Shown here piece by piece: positions 46,920 through 59,500 of a stretch of DNA of 64,000 nucleotides. The notes below the pieces were generated by a model. It searched no databases and was not told the DNA's origin. It saw only the letters and a program-made list of their open reading frames with translations. The translations under genes and the position numbers were made by a program. Position 1 is the first letter of the stretch, and every line of letters starts with the position of its first letter. Source of the stretch: Anthoceros angustus (taxonomy: Eukaryota > Plantae > Anthocerotophyta); assembly GCA_010909165.1 (NCBI GenBank), contig MU008177.1, forward strand, positions 310,001 through 374,000. Direction: 5' to 3'.

Positions 46920-47289
46920 TTTCTCTATATATCAATACATATATATGCCTGTTATGTCATATATCAAAATTTGTATCATACCTTAAAATATGATAATGAA
47001 ACAAAATTAATGTTACACAGGTTACTCTATATAAAAAAATATAATATAAAAAATAAAGTGTTTGTTGATCAATTATTCCATGCGCATGAAATTGTTGTTA
47101 TAGATCATTTTATGTTACACTAAGTGAATCTATATAGAAAAATAAAATATAATAAAAATAGAGTTTTTGTTAATCAATTATTCCATGCACACGTTTCAAA
47201 ATATTCAATAGAAGAAGGCGAGGAATTTTATTAGCTCAATGGGGGACACAGATGACTACATTTAGTCCTTGATAGGGGTGATTCCATCT

Positions 47290-48870
47290 GTCTGCTCATA
47301 GCCTCAAAGTACTCCTGCACTTTTCCCACAGCACCCTCATAACTACAAACTGTGAGCACACTGAGGAATGTGATGCCATCTGGCTGTACATCATCCTCTC
47401 ATTCTCTGCACCAAGTCAAGACCGCTTCACTGTCTCCTTGACAGGTATAGCCTGCAATACGTGCATTCCAGGCGACAACATCTCTCGGGGGCAAAATGTG
47501 GCCGACAACGAATTAACATGTACGGAAAGTGTGGCAGCATGCTCGAGGAACAAAAATGTTACATTCTCGAGGAACAAAAATGTTACATTACCCAGTACAC
47601 AGATTCCTGCTTCTTGCATAGCACAACAGAGATTCAGGACTTCCTGCACTTTTCACAGCTGCGAATATCCTGCCATCACGACAGTCCACATCAGCACATC
47701 CTTGAGACCGAGGCTATCAAACCCAATCCGAGCATCATCCAAGCTGCTACACTTGGCCATCCAAGTTCACCAAACGGGCAGAACTTGGCCATGCCCTGCA
47801 AGGCAGTCCATGCCACCTCGTCCTTTTGAACAAGTCCGTGAAATACTCTCTGAGCACCTTCTAAGCTGCCACACTCTGCATACATGTTCACCGAACTGCT
47901 AGCAACAAACACATCACCCTGCTGTCCTAATCTGCGTATGGAGATGCTTGCCCTTCAACGCCAGGGTGCCCACACATGCACATGCCTGCAATATACACGC
48001 AAATGTCACAGTCCGGGACAGCCATGTTTTCACCTTGCTTTGCACTGTAGAGGTGAAGGGCTTTCTGAACCATGCACTACTGGGAATATCCTGCTGTTAT
48101 GGTGGTCCACGTGACCACATCTTTGTGGTGATCAAGATGTGTTGTGACCAAGATGCACAAACACAGTTTGTGCCCTCAAACACAGTTTGTGCATCTTCCA
48201 AGCTGCCACACTTGCTTCCAAACTGTTGGCTACAAACCGTGTCTTAGATGCGCACAAATTACGCACTACCACATGAAGGCATCTCGGTCGGCAACGGCAT
48301 CACACACATCCATTGCCTCTCGCGACCTGCCATGAGAAGCATACATCCACAGGATGTGGTTGCACAGGATCGTGTCCGACTGTAACGCCGTTTTGACAGC
48401 AAAAGCATGAACCCGGACTGAGAACAAAGTCCTTGTCCACCACACATTTCTTCAGTGTAAAGGATAAAAGAGAGACTTTGAAATGCAACCCCCTGGCTGC
48501 ACCAAAACTCCCAAAGCCTCAACAGCCTCACTGACATGGCCCTGACAGCACAGCTCGCTCACGGAGTCAGCCGTTACGCTCCCTTTGTATCCTGCAGACC
48601 TACCAGGGTCAGCACCATCCGGCCAGCTCTAGTCACATCGAGGGGCACAATAATCCAGCAGTGAATCTGTCTCCATGCAGCCATGCTCTCACACGAGCTC
48701 TGGCGCTGTTCTTGTTTTTCCAGCAACAGGTTCCTTGAACTCAGCTCATCGGCAGCTCTTCCCAAAACACCAGCTAACCTCCAGAGGACCATGGCTCCGC
48801 GGGAGCTCGCGGGCCCCCGGCAAGACTCTACATCGCGCGAGAGCTCCTCCGAGAATTTCACTACAATGGC
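47290..48870 (-). pseudogene. Degenerate, internally deleted PLS-PPR paralog of the 56.6-63.4 kb genes
   Basis: 47340-47480 closely resembles 61015-61150. There are VNMYAECGSLEGAQRVF..LVQKD motifs and an N-terminal VSELCCQGHVSEAVEAL motif at ~48540; many frameshifts. Confidence 0.85.
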
Positions 48871-49830
48871 AGATTAATACGATTAAGTATTTTTCTATTT
48901 AATCAATTTTAATGTATTGAAAACTAGTTAAATCACTGACGAGGAGATGGGACTCCATAAGGATGGAGACGCCAGCCGACGGGAAGCCTTCTAGACTTGT
49001 GGAACTCGGAAGTTGGAACCACATAAAGTTGTCTTCGTAGTCTTCACAGTACTTCTCTCTCTTTAGTTTTACCACATGACTGTTTGACTTCGGCAGGCGC
49101 CCTTCGAGACTCCAGAACGCCCCGGATGACATGGACCTAGCCTTGACGCGCAATCCGAACGATGTGACATGAGGAAACAGGGGGTTCTTCACATTTTCGC
49201 CTTGGTGCTTACATAGACTTGTGTTCGAACACTGCTTAATGTGGCAGTGCAACAAAATCTCGTGCAATCTCTAAGCTCAGCGGTTCAGGAAAGCCGATGT
49301 AAAACTACACAAAGACCGAGAAACAGAAAGCAGGCCCTCCCACTTAGTCCCAATGCTGCAGCTGCCTGCCCTTTAGCAACGCTGCGAACTCCACTTTCTG
49401 GAGAGAAAGGTCCACCTTGTGCAACTAAATCGGTTAGTCGAATGACTTTTACTACCTATTGAGTTCACTGCAAACAGACAGTGTTATTCCTGTTCCGCCT
49501 ACTTCATCAGACGTCATTGCCTGGCCTTCTGACCCTGCAATGTGACCCAAGAAACGGAATAGTGTCCAGAAAAAAAATGACCCTGTGCACGCATCACAGA
49601 CCATCTGCCACCCGCAATCTCAAGGGAAACCTCCATGACTTGGACACGCCTAGCAACTGCCAAAGCTGAGACCCCCGTCAACCTTAGACCACAAGGTGCG
49701 AGGCTTCCCACAAGCTCAAACTGGAGACTTCCTGCGACCATACCTCGCCCTGAGCTTCGGATGCACGATCTCTTCTCCTAGACGCACTGAGGCTCCCACG
49801 GCTGCTCAGTTGCAAGAAAGAGCATACAGT

Positions 49831-51104
49831 TCAGGCAACAGGAGGCCTGAGAATGTGATCCTGCGATGTGTCAACAGCAGCAGGCGGCATCCATTGCCAC
49901 ATCGCCATGCCAGGGTAGCCTGCCATTTGTGCAGCTTTTGTACTAGCAGCTTGACTCTGGGCAGCAAAGGCTGCAGCTGCTGCATGCATGGCAGCAGGAT
50001 GAGGCATGAAACCAGCTGGCGATGTCATGGCCTTCACTTGCTGCTCCAACCTCTCCTTGTCTGCTTTCAACCTAAGCTTCTCGTCTCTAAGCTCATTCTT
50101 TTCCGTCTGGAATCACACATCACACGAGCAGCAAGTTACAATACAATGACATGGGCTTAAATGCCACCTCAGCAAGCTGCTACGCATGACAGCTGGGCAA
50201 CGCACCTTGAGATCCTTGATGGCTTCCCGAAGCTGGTGGTTGGAATCCTTCAACTGCTGAGCCTCTGTGCGGAGGCTGGTCAAAATGCGGACTGCATCAC
50301 TCAGGATAGTTGCCTTGTCCGTCTTGGGGGGACGAGTCGGCTCCAAAGCCTGACTCAGGTCCATAAACCTGCTCCCGTTCCCAGACAAAAAGAGTCATAT
50401 TTGATGCAACAACGGTATCAAAAACGAAGCAGCTATCAAGGACAACAGCCTAGGCCTGAAATAAAACCTCACCTGTCATTAAGCCTGTCCCTCCGCATCT
50501 TCTCCCGGCATGCTTTGTTCCCCGCTCCCGAACAAGACTCCTCCCTCACCCTGCTTGCAGAAACAATGCACTTCAACACAAGAGATCCACCGACTGGCGC
50601 AGGAGAAGAGGCAACGCACAGGGCATGATCCAGGCTCGTACCTTTTCCGCGGGCATACCTTATCCTGCTCCTCCGACTCACATTTGGAGCCGTCATTGTC
50701 CACACTGGTATCAGGCCAGGCATGCCATTAGCAGCCTACTCAGCAGCAGCAGCAGAGAGCAAAGTGCGAGAAACACAAAGGACGCAGACGGCCTTTGCCC
50801 GCCTAGCCAAGAACAATGCCACCCTGAGTTCACTCCACTCCACACCACAGCACAGCACAGCACACCACTCCACTCCACCTCACTTCCACTACAGCTAAAA
50901 CCAAACACCTCCGAGAAACGCAAAACAAACGAGACCCGAGCTGCGGAAAAGCGAAGCATACTTAGCGAGCGACCTGCAGTCCGGCTGCTCTATCGGCTGC
51001 TGCGTGCACCAGAAGAAGGCATTGGAGGGCTGAGTCTCCTCCACATCCAAGAGGTTCTCCGCGAGGAATGACATCCACTTGGTATTGTTGGAGGGCGAGG
51101 TCAT
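49831..51104 (-). CDS. ILR3: bHLH subgroup IVc transcription factor (ILR3/bHLH105-like, iron homeostasis); 5 exons
   Basis: Spliced in phase: MTSPSNNTKW...DCS / VDNDG...PRKR / VREESCSGAGNKACREKMRRDRLNDR / FMDLSQALEPTRPPKTDKATILSDAVR...DLK / TEKNELRDEK...MWQWMPPAAVDTSQDHILRPPVA*. The C-terminal motif is diagnostic of subgroup IVc. Confidence 0.93.
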
Positions 51105-52946
51105 ACTGCCGCAGCCCCTCCACCCGCCCGGCCCGTCCCCCGACCCCTAGAAAGCTACCTCCAGCGCTTCCCCGCGGCAGCGCGCGGCAACCATCCCCCG
51201 GGAGCAGCAGTTCTAACCCCTACGCCAGGTCCACCTCCCTTCTTCCGCACATTCCCCCGCCTACGGCACCTGCACCTGCACCTGCCCCTGCTCCTGCTCC
51301 TGCTCCTGCACCTGCTCCTGCTCCTGCCCCTGCTCCCCCGGGCAGCAGCTAGACGCTCCGGTGCACACTCCCCGCCCCCCGGCTGCTCCGCTGCAGGCCT
51401 CGGGCGCCGCCCGGGGCATTCCAAGCTGCGAAACCGCAGTGATTTAGCAGCGTCCAAGCCCGGAATCCGCAACGTTGGGATCGATGGAATGCGTCGCACA
51501 TGCATCCGGCATGCACCGACCGGGCGCACAAAAATCTGATGGCGCGAGATGAGGCTGGGCACGCGCTCGCCTGTGGCTGTGGGCAGCCTGGATGGGGTTT
51601 CTCTCTCCCTCCGCACCGTCGCCCTCCTCTTTCTTGTGAGCACGGCCGGTGCAGCCACGACACGGACCTGCCTGTGCCTACCCAGATGGGATGCCACTAC
51701 ATTTTTTTACTTTTAAATCACCACATATCCAATCCCACTTTACACTTCGCAGTCAATCTAAAGTTTTTCTTAATGCCGACAGGCTAACTCATAAGGTTGT
51801 GGCTCCACCTCATGCTATTATGTTACCTACTATAATAGTAAATAAAATATATACATAAATTACATACACTGGTGGTTTGCATAGGGAACCTGGGACCTAA
51901 AATAGATCTCATACATTATCGTATCATATATGATAGTAATATATTGTTCTTTCATACGACTTTTAAAAAGACATTCTTATTGAGAGGAAGAGATATAAGA
52001 AGAGCCCATCCACCATGTCACATCAAAGGGAGACCCCGGGGCCGCAGTAGAAAGGAGTTCATAAGCTACGACTTTTAATCATGTTTTGATTGTATGGTAC
52101 AAAAACTTGTTTTTAGATACCTTTAAATATTTTTAATAATGTTAAATAATTAAAAAAAAATTCATACATACATAAAAAAAATTTAGAGACAAGAAAACAA
52201 ATTACATGCATTGAGATAGAGTAAACCCATCACCACATCACAAATTAGATGGAAAGAGATTGTCGTGGTTAGTAATGAAGCGAAAGGGAAGGAGTTAGCT
52301 TCGTACCAAAAAGGATGTACATAGGAAGGGAACGTGGAAGGCTCGTGTCTTGAGTCATTTTAAGATTTCACTTAAAGGAGCCTAAGAGATTGGAACTAAG
52401 ATCCGCGATCTTAATTTGAAATAGGTAGTCTTTCACGACAGACGACAGATTTGACATCTTAGATACCGATTGCGTGGCATTTACTCACCAGCCGATCCCG
52501 GTCAAGTTTGCAGACGCAAGAGTTAACGAAAATGTTGGAAAGGCCACCAGAATGCTGGCGTTTTGTCCTCGACTGAAGAGAATGGGAATGCGAAGCATCA
52601 CGCCAGCAAGCTGGGAAATGGAAGTGGTAAGAGAAAGGGACGACAGGAAGCGGCCTCCGTACTCCAATCAATCGCCAGGGCCAATGTCGAGTTCCTCCGA
52701 GCTCACAAGTGCGTCATGCGCATTGTGGTGTGGACACAAGGAGTGTTCAAGTCAGATTCGACACAACCGCTGCTGCCTCGGGCGCGGGTCAACCCAACCA
52801 GGCAGTCGGGTTGAATGTTGGTCCGGGCTGCCAAGCTGCCATTACCACCACATGTCGGCGTGGGGGCTTTTCCTAGGAAGGTGCGGAGGGCAGGGGAACT
52901 GGGGGGGTGTGGACCCAGGCGGGGCCGAGGCCCTTTTCCTGGGAGT

Positions 52947-55392
52947 TCAGGTGGATAGCATCCGCTCGACTTCACGACAGATGCGGTCTGATGCTCCCAG
53001 GCCGCTTTCCTGCCGGTGCTGTTGGAGGGAGGCCAGCCTGCTCCGCATGGTTGGTAGGTTGTCACCTGATAGGCACTTTTGCACTGTGTCAGCCACCTGG
53101 GCAGGTTCTACCAGGCCGATGAGCTCAGGGACGATCTCCTCACCTGCCCACCTGAGTGATGGAGACGGAAGTCAGGCACAGCAAGCCTTGGAGGGTGGGT
53201 TGCACTGTGGGGGAGGAGAGTGAGAGGAACCCACCGGTTAGGCCAGGAGATGTGCCCTGCCGACCTCAGGACAGCCATGTTCACCATGCGTGTTACTTGG
53301 TCCCCGCACCAGCCAGGGATGCTGGCAAGTAAGCCTAGGAGGCCTCCTGTGGCACCTCTGAAGAGCTGGAACAGATTCAGATTTAACAGGTTGTTCAGAG
53401 CTGTGGAGACGGCAGATATGTGGGAACTGGAATGAAGCCCAGGAGCGAATAGTGGTGGGAGGAATGGTCACCTCAAGGGCATGTGTTGGGAGGACGACTA
53501 CCATTGGAATGCCCAGAAAGCCGAGCTCCGCTGTGTTTGTTCCCACCTGGAGGATGGAGATGAGACACGCCCAAGTTAGGACCTAAAAGTTTTAAGAGAC
53601 GAGGGCGGGTAGACGTGATCTCTGAAGGGAGGAGTTGGGGTGATGGCGTACAGTGGTTAGGCAGAGGCAGCAACGCTTGTACACATGGTAGCTGGGATAC
53701 TGCTGCTGCACCTCAATTTCAACGCCGCCTTCTGTGACCAAGTATGTCTGCTTGCCAGCGATTCGGACATTTCCAGCACACCAGTTGAACTTGGTTATGT
53801 ATTTGTTGCGCTTGGGATCTCCTTGTCTGGCAAGCATCTCCACGCTGACTGTAGGAGCTAAAGGCAGTAGAAAATGTACACAACCATCCATTCTATCCTG
53901 CCAGCATAAGCGCCATGTCAGCCATGCGGCGTGCCACAGTCCATCACTCCAGAAGCACTCTCGGACAGGATGTAGATAGACCTGACCTCTTGTGGAGAAG
54001 CTCTGCCACGGCCATGAAGTAAGGCACACCAATGGCAAGTTTTATGTTCTGCTTAACAGCAAACAAACTGCTTCAGTCTGAGCACATATACAAAGCAGCC
54101 ACTCTCTCCAGCATTTCAGCTCCAACGCAGAATCCAACCTTCGATCCTGGAAGGAGCCCCAGCACTCTGACAGCCTCTTCACCCCTTGAAGTCTGCCCAA
54201 CAGAGGTTTGGTCTCTGTTCTTGGACTGCACACCATCTGATGCCCCATCCTCCAATCCCTTTCGACTATCTTGCTGTTGCTCGGTCAGAGCAACAGCATC
54301 CTCAAAAAGATCCCCTACCACCTTGCAGCCTGAGCGCAGCCAAGTCGGAACGCCTTGCAACACTTCAAGCGATCGCACCGCATACAAGTCCACCAGCCTG
54401 TCGTCAACACTTCAAACAGCACATGAGATCAAGAACTACAGAATCTGAGGGACAGCCAACGGCCCAGCACTGTGATGCGTTACCCTGGCCAGCGCACTGC
54501 ATCCTCGGCATACACAATTGTCCGGTAGCCAAGCCTTTTTCCAATGACGAGCTGCCACATGAAAGGCTACCGAATGTGAGGCACAACAAATGCAACATCC
54601 TTGCCAGGCCAGCCTTGTGGCAAGCAGAGATCCAGAACGCACCGCGCTGAACTGGTCCCCTCCCAAGAACACACAAACTCCTTTCCTGTACCAGTCCCAA
54701 CTGTCCGCTGTGCGATTCAGCAGTAGCAGCTGCCAAAAATGCTCCGGTCCCTGATTTCCACACACCCGTTACACAGGTCTGGTCCAGTCTGTTCTGTTGA
54801 CAGAGCTCAAATCCTCTCCCCTGAGCAACGGAGATATCTCACCTGCGACCTGTCCACTTCCCCGAAGGACCGTACCAGGTCCAGTTCACCTCCAGAGGCA
54901 TGCGGACACGGAGCTAGCACCACCTGCTCACAGCAAAGACAATCACCGAAATTCAAGAGAGCCCAGAGGGAAAGAGTCCGGAAAACATCACGCACGTACC
55001 GATACACGCAAAGCCGATCCCTGTGGCTGGAAGCGCCGGCGCAATGCAGCTACCACAGGCCTCACCCATGTGGCAACCTCACCGGGGCCGTTGGTAAGGA
55101 TGACTACATCTGATGGGCTGGAGGCATCCAGGTGGTGCTTCCCATTGCTACAATCCACAGCACTCACCCCAGATTGTGAAACTCGAGACACCAGGTGACT
55201 GCTGGGAGAAGACATCAGCTTCCAGTATCTTGTAGAAATAAAGGCATCTTCCCCGTTCCTCCTGCTGTTGAGCTGACATGGCTTCCTGCTCCTGGCTCCA
55301 GAGCAAAGCTCGGGGCCGGAAGTTTTTTCCTGGACACCTTGAAACGAAATCCAAGATTGCATGGCCCGGCCCCCGGCCATGGTCATGGCCAT
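52947..55392 (-). CDS. Lipid-A-disaccharide synthase (LpxB)-related glycosyltransferase of the cyanobacterial type, multi-exon, with N-terminal extension
   Basis: DVVILTNGPGEVATWVRPVV, VVLAPCPHASGGE, VFLGGDQF, VVGDLFEDA, LGLLPGSK, GTNTAELGFLGIPMVVVLP, ISWPNRWAGEEIVPELIG; the last two exons were checked for phase; TGA at 52947-52949. Internal exon boundaries were not all resolved. Confidence 0.8.
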
Positions 55393-55845
55393 CGGCCAAG
55401 CTTGCTGACTTTCTTCCAACACAGGCTGATCTACGAGTGACCATCAAACTAAAGCTATGATGTCAGCCTAGATGCATGAGATTAAAGAAGACGGGTGTCC
55501 CGGATTGACGCAAGGCAGCCTGACCATCAACCGGAATGCAGCTGGACTTGTGGGTTCAGGCTTCACGACTGGCCACAGCACACCTAGCCCGTAGGGTTGT
55601 TCATTGCGTACAACGATAGTTGCACGATTGATTTCCCCGTTACTCTCACGTGAGGATCCCAACGTCGAGTTTTACACATCCTTTGCATCTTAATCTGCAA
55701 AGTTCTACAGTTTTATGATTCTGCCTCTGTGATTGGACCTGAGGACAAGTTTTTATCACTGCTCTAAGGCTTTGGGACGCGAGCTTCCCTTCTGATAGGA
55801 CATGTCCTAGAGGGACACGCTTCAGGTCCTTTGGAAGCTGCCATC

Positions 55846-56520
55846 AGAAGCCTGGCTCAGGATCAGATCCAAGAGACCGGAGTAGCAGATAGTAAGGAGC
55901 TACCAGAAACTAGGGTCATGCGTGCAGATAGCAACGAGCGCGAAAACCCGTGGACCCACGAATAGGATATGTCCTCCCTGGACCCCGGAAGATGACATTC
56001 CTCCTCCTCTGATGTCCTCTTGTATAACGACTTCCATTGCAGCGAAGACCAGCAGAAGCCTGGCTCAAGATCAGATTCATGAGACACTCGTTCTCCCGCT
56101 TTTTACTATCTGCCAGCAGTAGCGTAGCCAGAAGCTAGGCTCATGTGGGCAGATAGAAACGAGCGCGAAAACGTGTAGACCCACAAACAGGACAATGCAC
56201 CCATGTCCTCGCTGGACCCACAGAGATGAGATTCCACCTCCTCAGATGTGTCCTCCTCCTACAACGACTCCATTTGTAGCAAATCCCAGCAAAAGCCTGG
56301 CTCAGGATCAGATTCATGGAACACTCGTTTTCGTGTTCTTTACTATCTGCCAGCAGTAGCGTAGCTAACGAAAGCTAGGCTCATGCGGGCAGATAGCAAA
56401 GAACGCGAAAGCGTGTGGACCCACAAATAGGATTATGTACCCAGGTCCTCGCTGGACCCACAGAGATGACAGTCCTCCTCCTCAGATATGTCCTCTGCTG
56501 CAACGACTCCAATTGTCGAA
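55846..56520. repeat. About three diverged tandem units of ~210-236 bp directly downstream of the PPR stop
   Basis: cagaagcctggctca(g/a)gatcagat at ~55846, ~56054 and ~56290; tcctcctcctc(t/a)gat blocks at ~55998, ~56232 and ~56473. Confidence 0.85.
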
Positions 56521-56579
56521 AATAATTCTGGGGACGAGATAACTCTGCCTTGCATACATGCCTTCACTTTCCGGATGTT

Positions 56580-59500
56580 TTAGTCGCCTACCACAAAACT
56601 ATGCACCCGCCCATCCATATCTGTCCACCAGCTCTGCCCCGGTTGCTTCCATGCGCCTCTTCTTATTCTCCTTGCCTGCATCTCCTGTGCCTCCGGCCAC
56701 ATCTTAGCACCAGTGTATATGTTGGACATTAACACGTACGCTGTGGCATCCTGTTTGTCTGCCTTCATTGCCTCCTTGAACGCATGCAATGCAACCTCCA
56801 CGTTGCTCCACTTTTGACAGGCACACAATATACTGCGCCAAACTCCAGCAGGAGGGACTGCAGGGATTGCCCTTGCCACCACTAGTGCCTCGTCGAGTTG
56901 GCCTGCACGACCAAGTAGATCCACCAGGCATGAATGGTGCTCCACGGTGGTAGGTATGCCATACTGTGTGCTAATGGCCTCAAAGTACTCACGCCCCTTC
57001 TCCGTTAGACCTGCATGACTGCAAACTGTTAAAACACTAAGGAGCGTGACGCTGTCTGGCTGCATGCCATCCTGTCGCATCCTGTGAACCAAGTCAAAGA
57101 CCAGTTCACTATCTCCTTGACGAGTGTATCCTGCAATCAGGGCATTCCAGGCGACTATGTCTCTTTCAGGCAATGAATCAAACACCCCCTGTGCCTCACC
57201 CATGCTCCCGCAATGCCCGTACATGTCTAGTAGACTGACTGCTACCAATACATTGCCTTGAAGTCCTCGTTTTTCAATCTCAGCATGAAGCTGCCTTCCT
57301 GGGTTTAACGCTGCCACATTTGCACATGCCTGCAGGAGGCAGACAAATGTCACAGAATCCGGTGGAGTGATGCCTTCTTCTCGCATGGCACCATATAGAC
57401 AAAGGGCTTCCTGACACATGCCCTGCTGGGAATATCCTGCTATCAGAGTCGTCCACGTCACCACATCCTTCTCACTAAGTCTGTCAAACAAGCAATGAGC
57501 ATCCACTAGGCTGCCACAGGCTGCGTACATGTGTACCAAAGTGTTGGCAACAAGCACCTCGTCTTGAAGGCCCTGTCGTTCTATTCCAGCATGAAGATGC
57601 TTGCCCTTCTCCAAAGCCGAAGGACCCACACTCGCACATGCCTGCAAAAGGCATACAAATGTCACAGCATCAGGTGCAGCAATGCCTTCTTGCTGCATAG
57701 AATTGTATATATGAAGAGCTTCCTCACCCATTCCTTGCTGTGAGTATCCTCCTATCAGAGAAGTCCATGTCACCACATCCTTTTGAGCAAGTTCATCAAA
57801 AATGCACTGAGCACAATCTAGGCTGCCACACTTTGCATACATGTTCACCAAACAGTTGGCTACGTGCACGTCAGCTTGAAGACCTTGTTGTTCAATCTGA
57901 GCATGAAGCTGCTTCCCCTCAACCAAAGCCAGGGCACCCATGCTTGCACATGCCTGCAGAAGGCAGACAAACGTTACAGAATCAGGTACAGCAACGCCTT
58001 CTTTTCTCATGATACGGTAAAGATGAAGGGCTTCCTGACCCATCCCCTGCTGGTAATATCCAGCTATCATAGCATTCCACGTAACTACATCCTTTTGGAC
58101 CAGTTGGTAAAAGATGGACTTGGCATCGTCTTGGCTGCCGCACTTTGCATACATGTACAACAAAGTATTGGCTACAAATACATCACCTTGCAGCCCTTTT
58201 TCCTGAATCTCAGCATGCAGCTGCTTCCCCTTCTTCAGAGCTGAGGTACCCACGCTTGCACATGCCTGCAGGAGAGATACGAATGTCACAGAATCAGGTT
58301 GAGTAACACCTTCTTCTTGCATAGCACTGTAAAGATGTAGAGCTTCCTGGCCCATGTCCTGCTGAGAATATCCTGCAATCATTGCATTCCATGTCACCAC
58401 ATCCTTTTGACTAAGTCTGTCGAAAACTCTGTGGGCATCCTCTAGGCTCCCACACTTTGCATACATGTTTACCAGGCTGCAACCCAAAACCAAATCAGCC
58501 TGAAATCCCTGTTGTCCAATCTGTGCATGAAGCTGCTTTCCCTGCTCCAATGCTGGGGAACCCACACTTGCACATGCCTGCAGGAGGGACACAAACGTCA
58601 CAGAATTGGGTGAAGCAATGCCTTCCTCTCGCATAGCAGTGTAGAGATGAAGGGCTTCCTGACCCATACCCTGGTGGGCGTATCCAGCTATCAGAGTGGT
58701 CCATGTGACCACATCTTTCTTGACTAGCTCGTCAAACACACGTTGTGCATTGTCGATGCTGCCACACTTTCCATACATGTGTATCAAACTGTTGGCGATG
58801 ACAATATCCGTTTGAAGAGATCGTTCCCTAATCTGTGCATGAAGCTGCTTCCCCTCATTCAAAACTGAGGCGCCGATACTTGCACAGGCTTGCAAAAGGC
58901 ACACAAATGTCACAGAATCAGGTGCCACCATGCCTTCTTGCTGCATAGCTCTGTAAAGACGAAGGGCTTCCTGCCCCTTGCCCTGCTGCGAATATCCTGC
59001 TATCAAGGCAGTCCACGTTACCACATCTTTTTGACCAAGCCCGTCAAAAACTCCTTGAGCGTCTTCTAAGCTACCGCACTTGGCATACATGTACACTAAC
59101 CCACTACGGAGAAACGAATCCGGCTCAAACCCACTGGCCAACACATCAGCATGCAGCTGCTGCCCAGTTTTCAAATCTGACATCCTTGCACAAGCCTGAA
59201 GGGCTGCCGCAAACACATGGCTGTCTGGCTCCACACTTGAACTGCGCATCCGATGATACAGCTGTATGGCCTGCTCAGCTTGCCCATGTCTGACATGGGC
59301 AGAGATGATCGAAGACCACATAAAGGCATCTGGTTTGGCAACCGCGGTGAACACATCCATCGCTTCCTGCAACCTGCCATAAGAAGCATACATCCGCAGA
59401 ATGTGGTTGGACAAGTACGGGTCCGACTCACACCCCTTTTTCACAGTGAGAGCATGCACACGGCGACCCAGCACCAGATCCCTCCTGACCACGTTCTTTA

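Noticed and set aside
48899-49267. 122-aa minus-strand ORF between the PPR pseudogene and the bHLH
   Set aside because: No recognisable motif; possibly the decayed 5-prime part of the PPR pseudogene.
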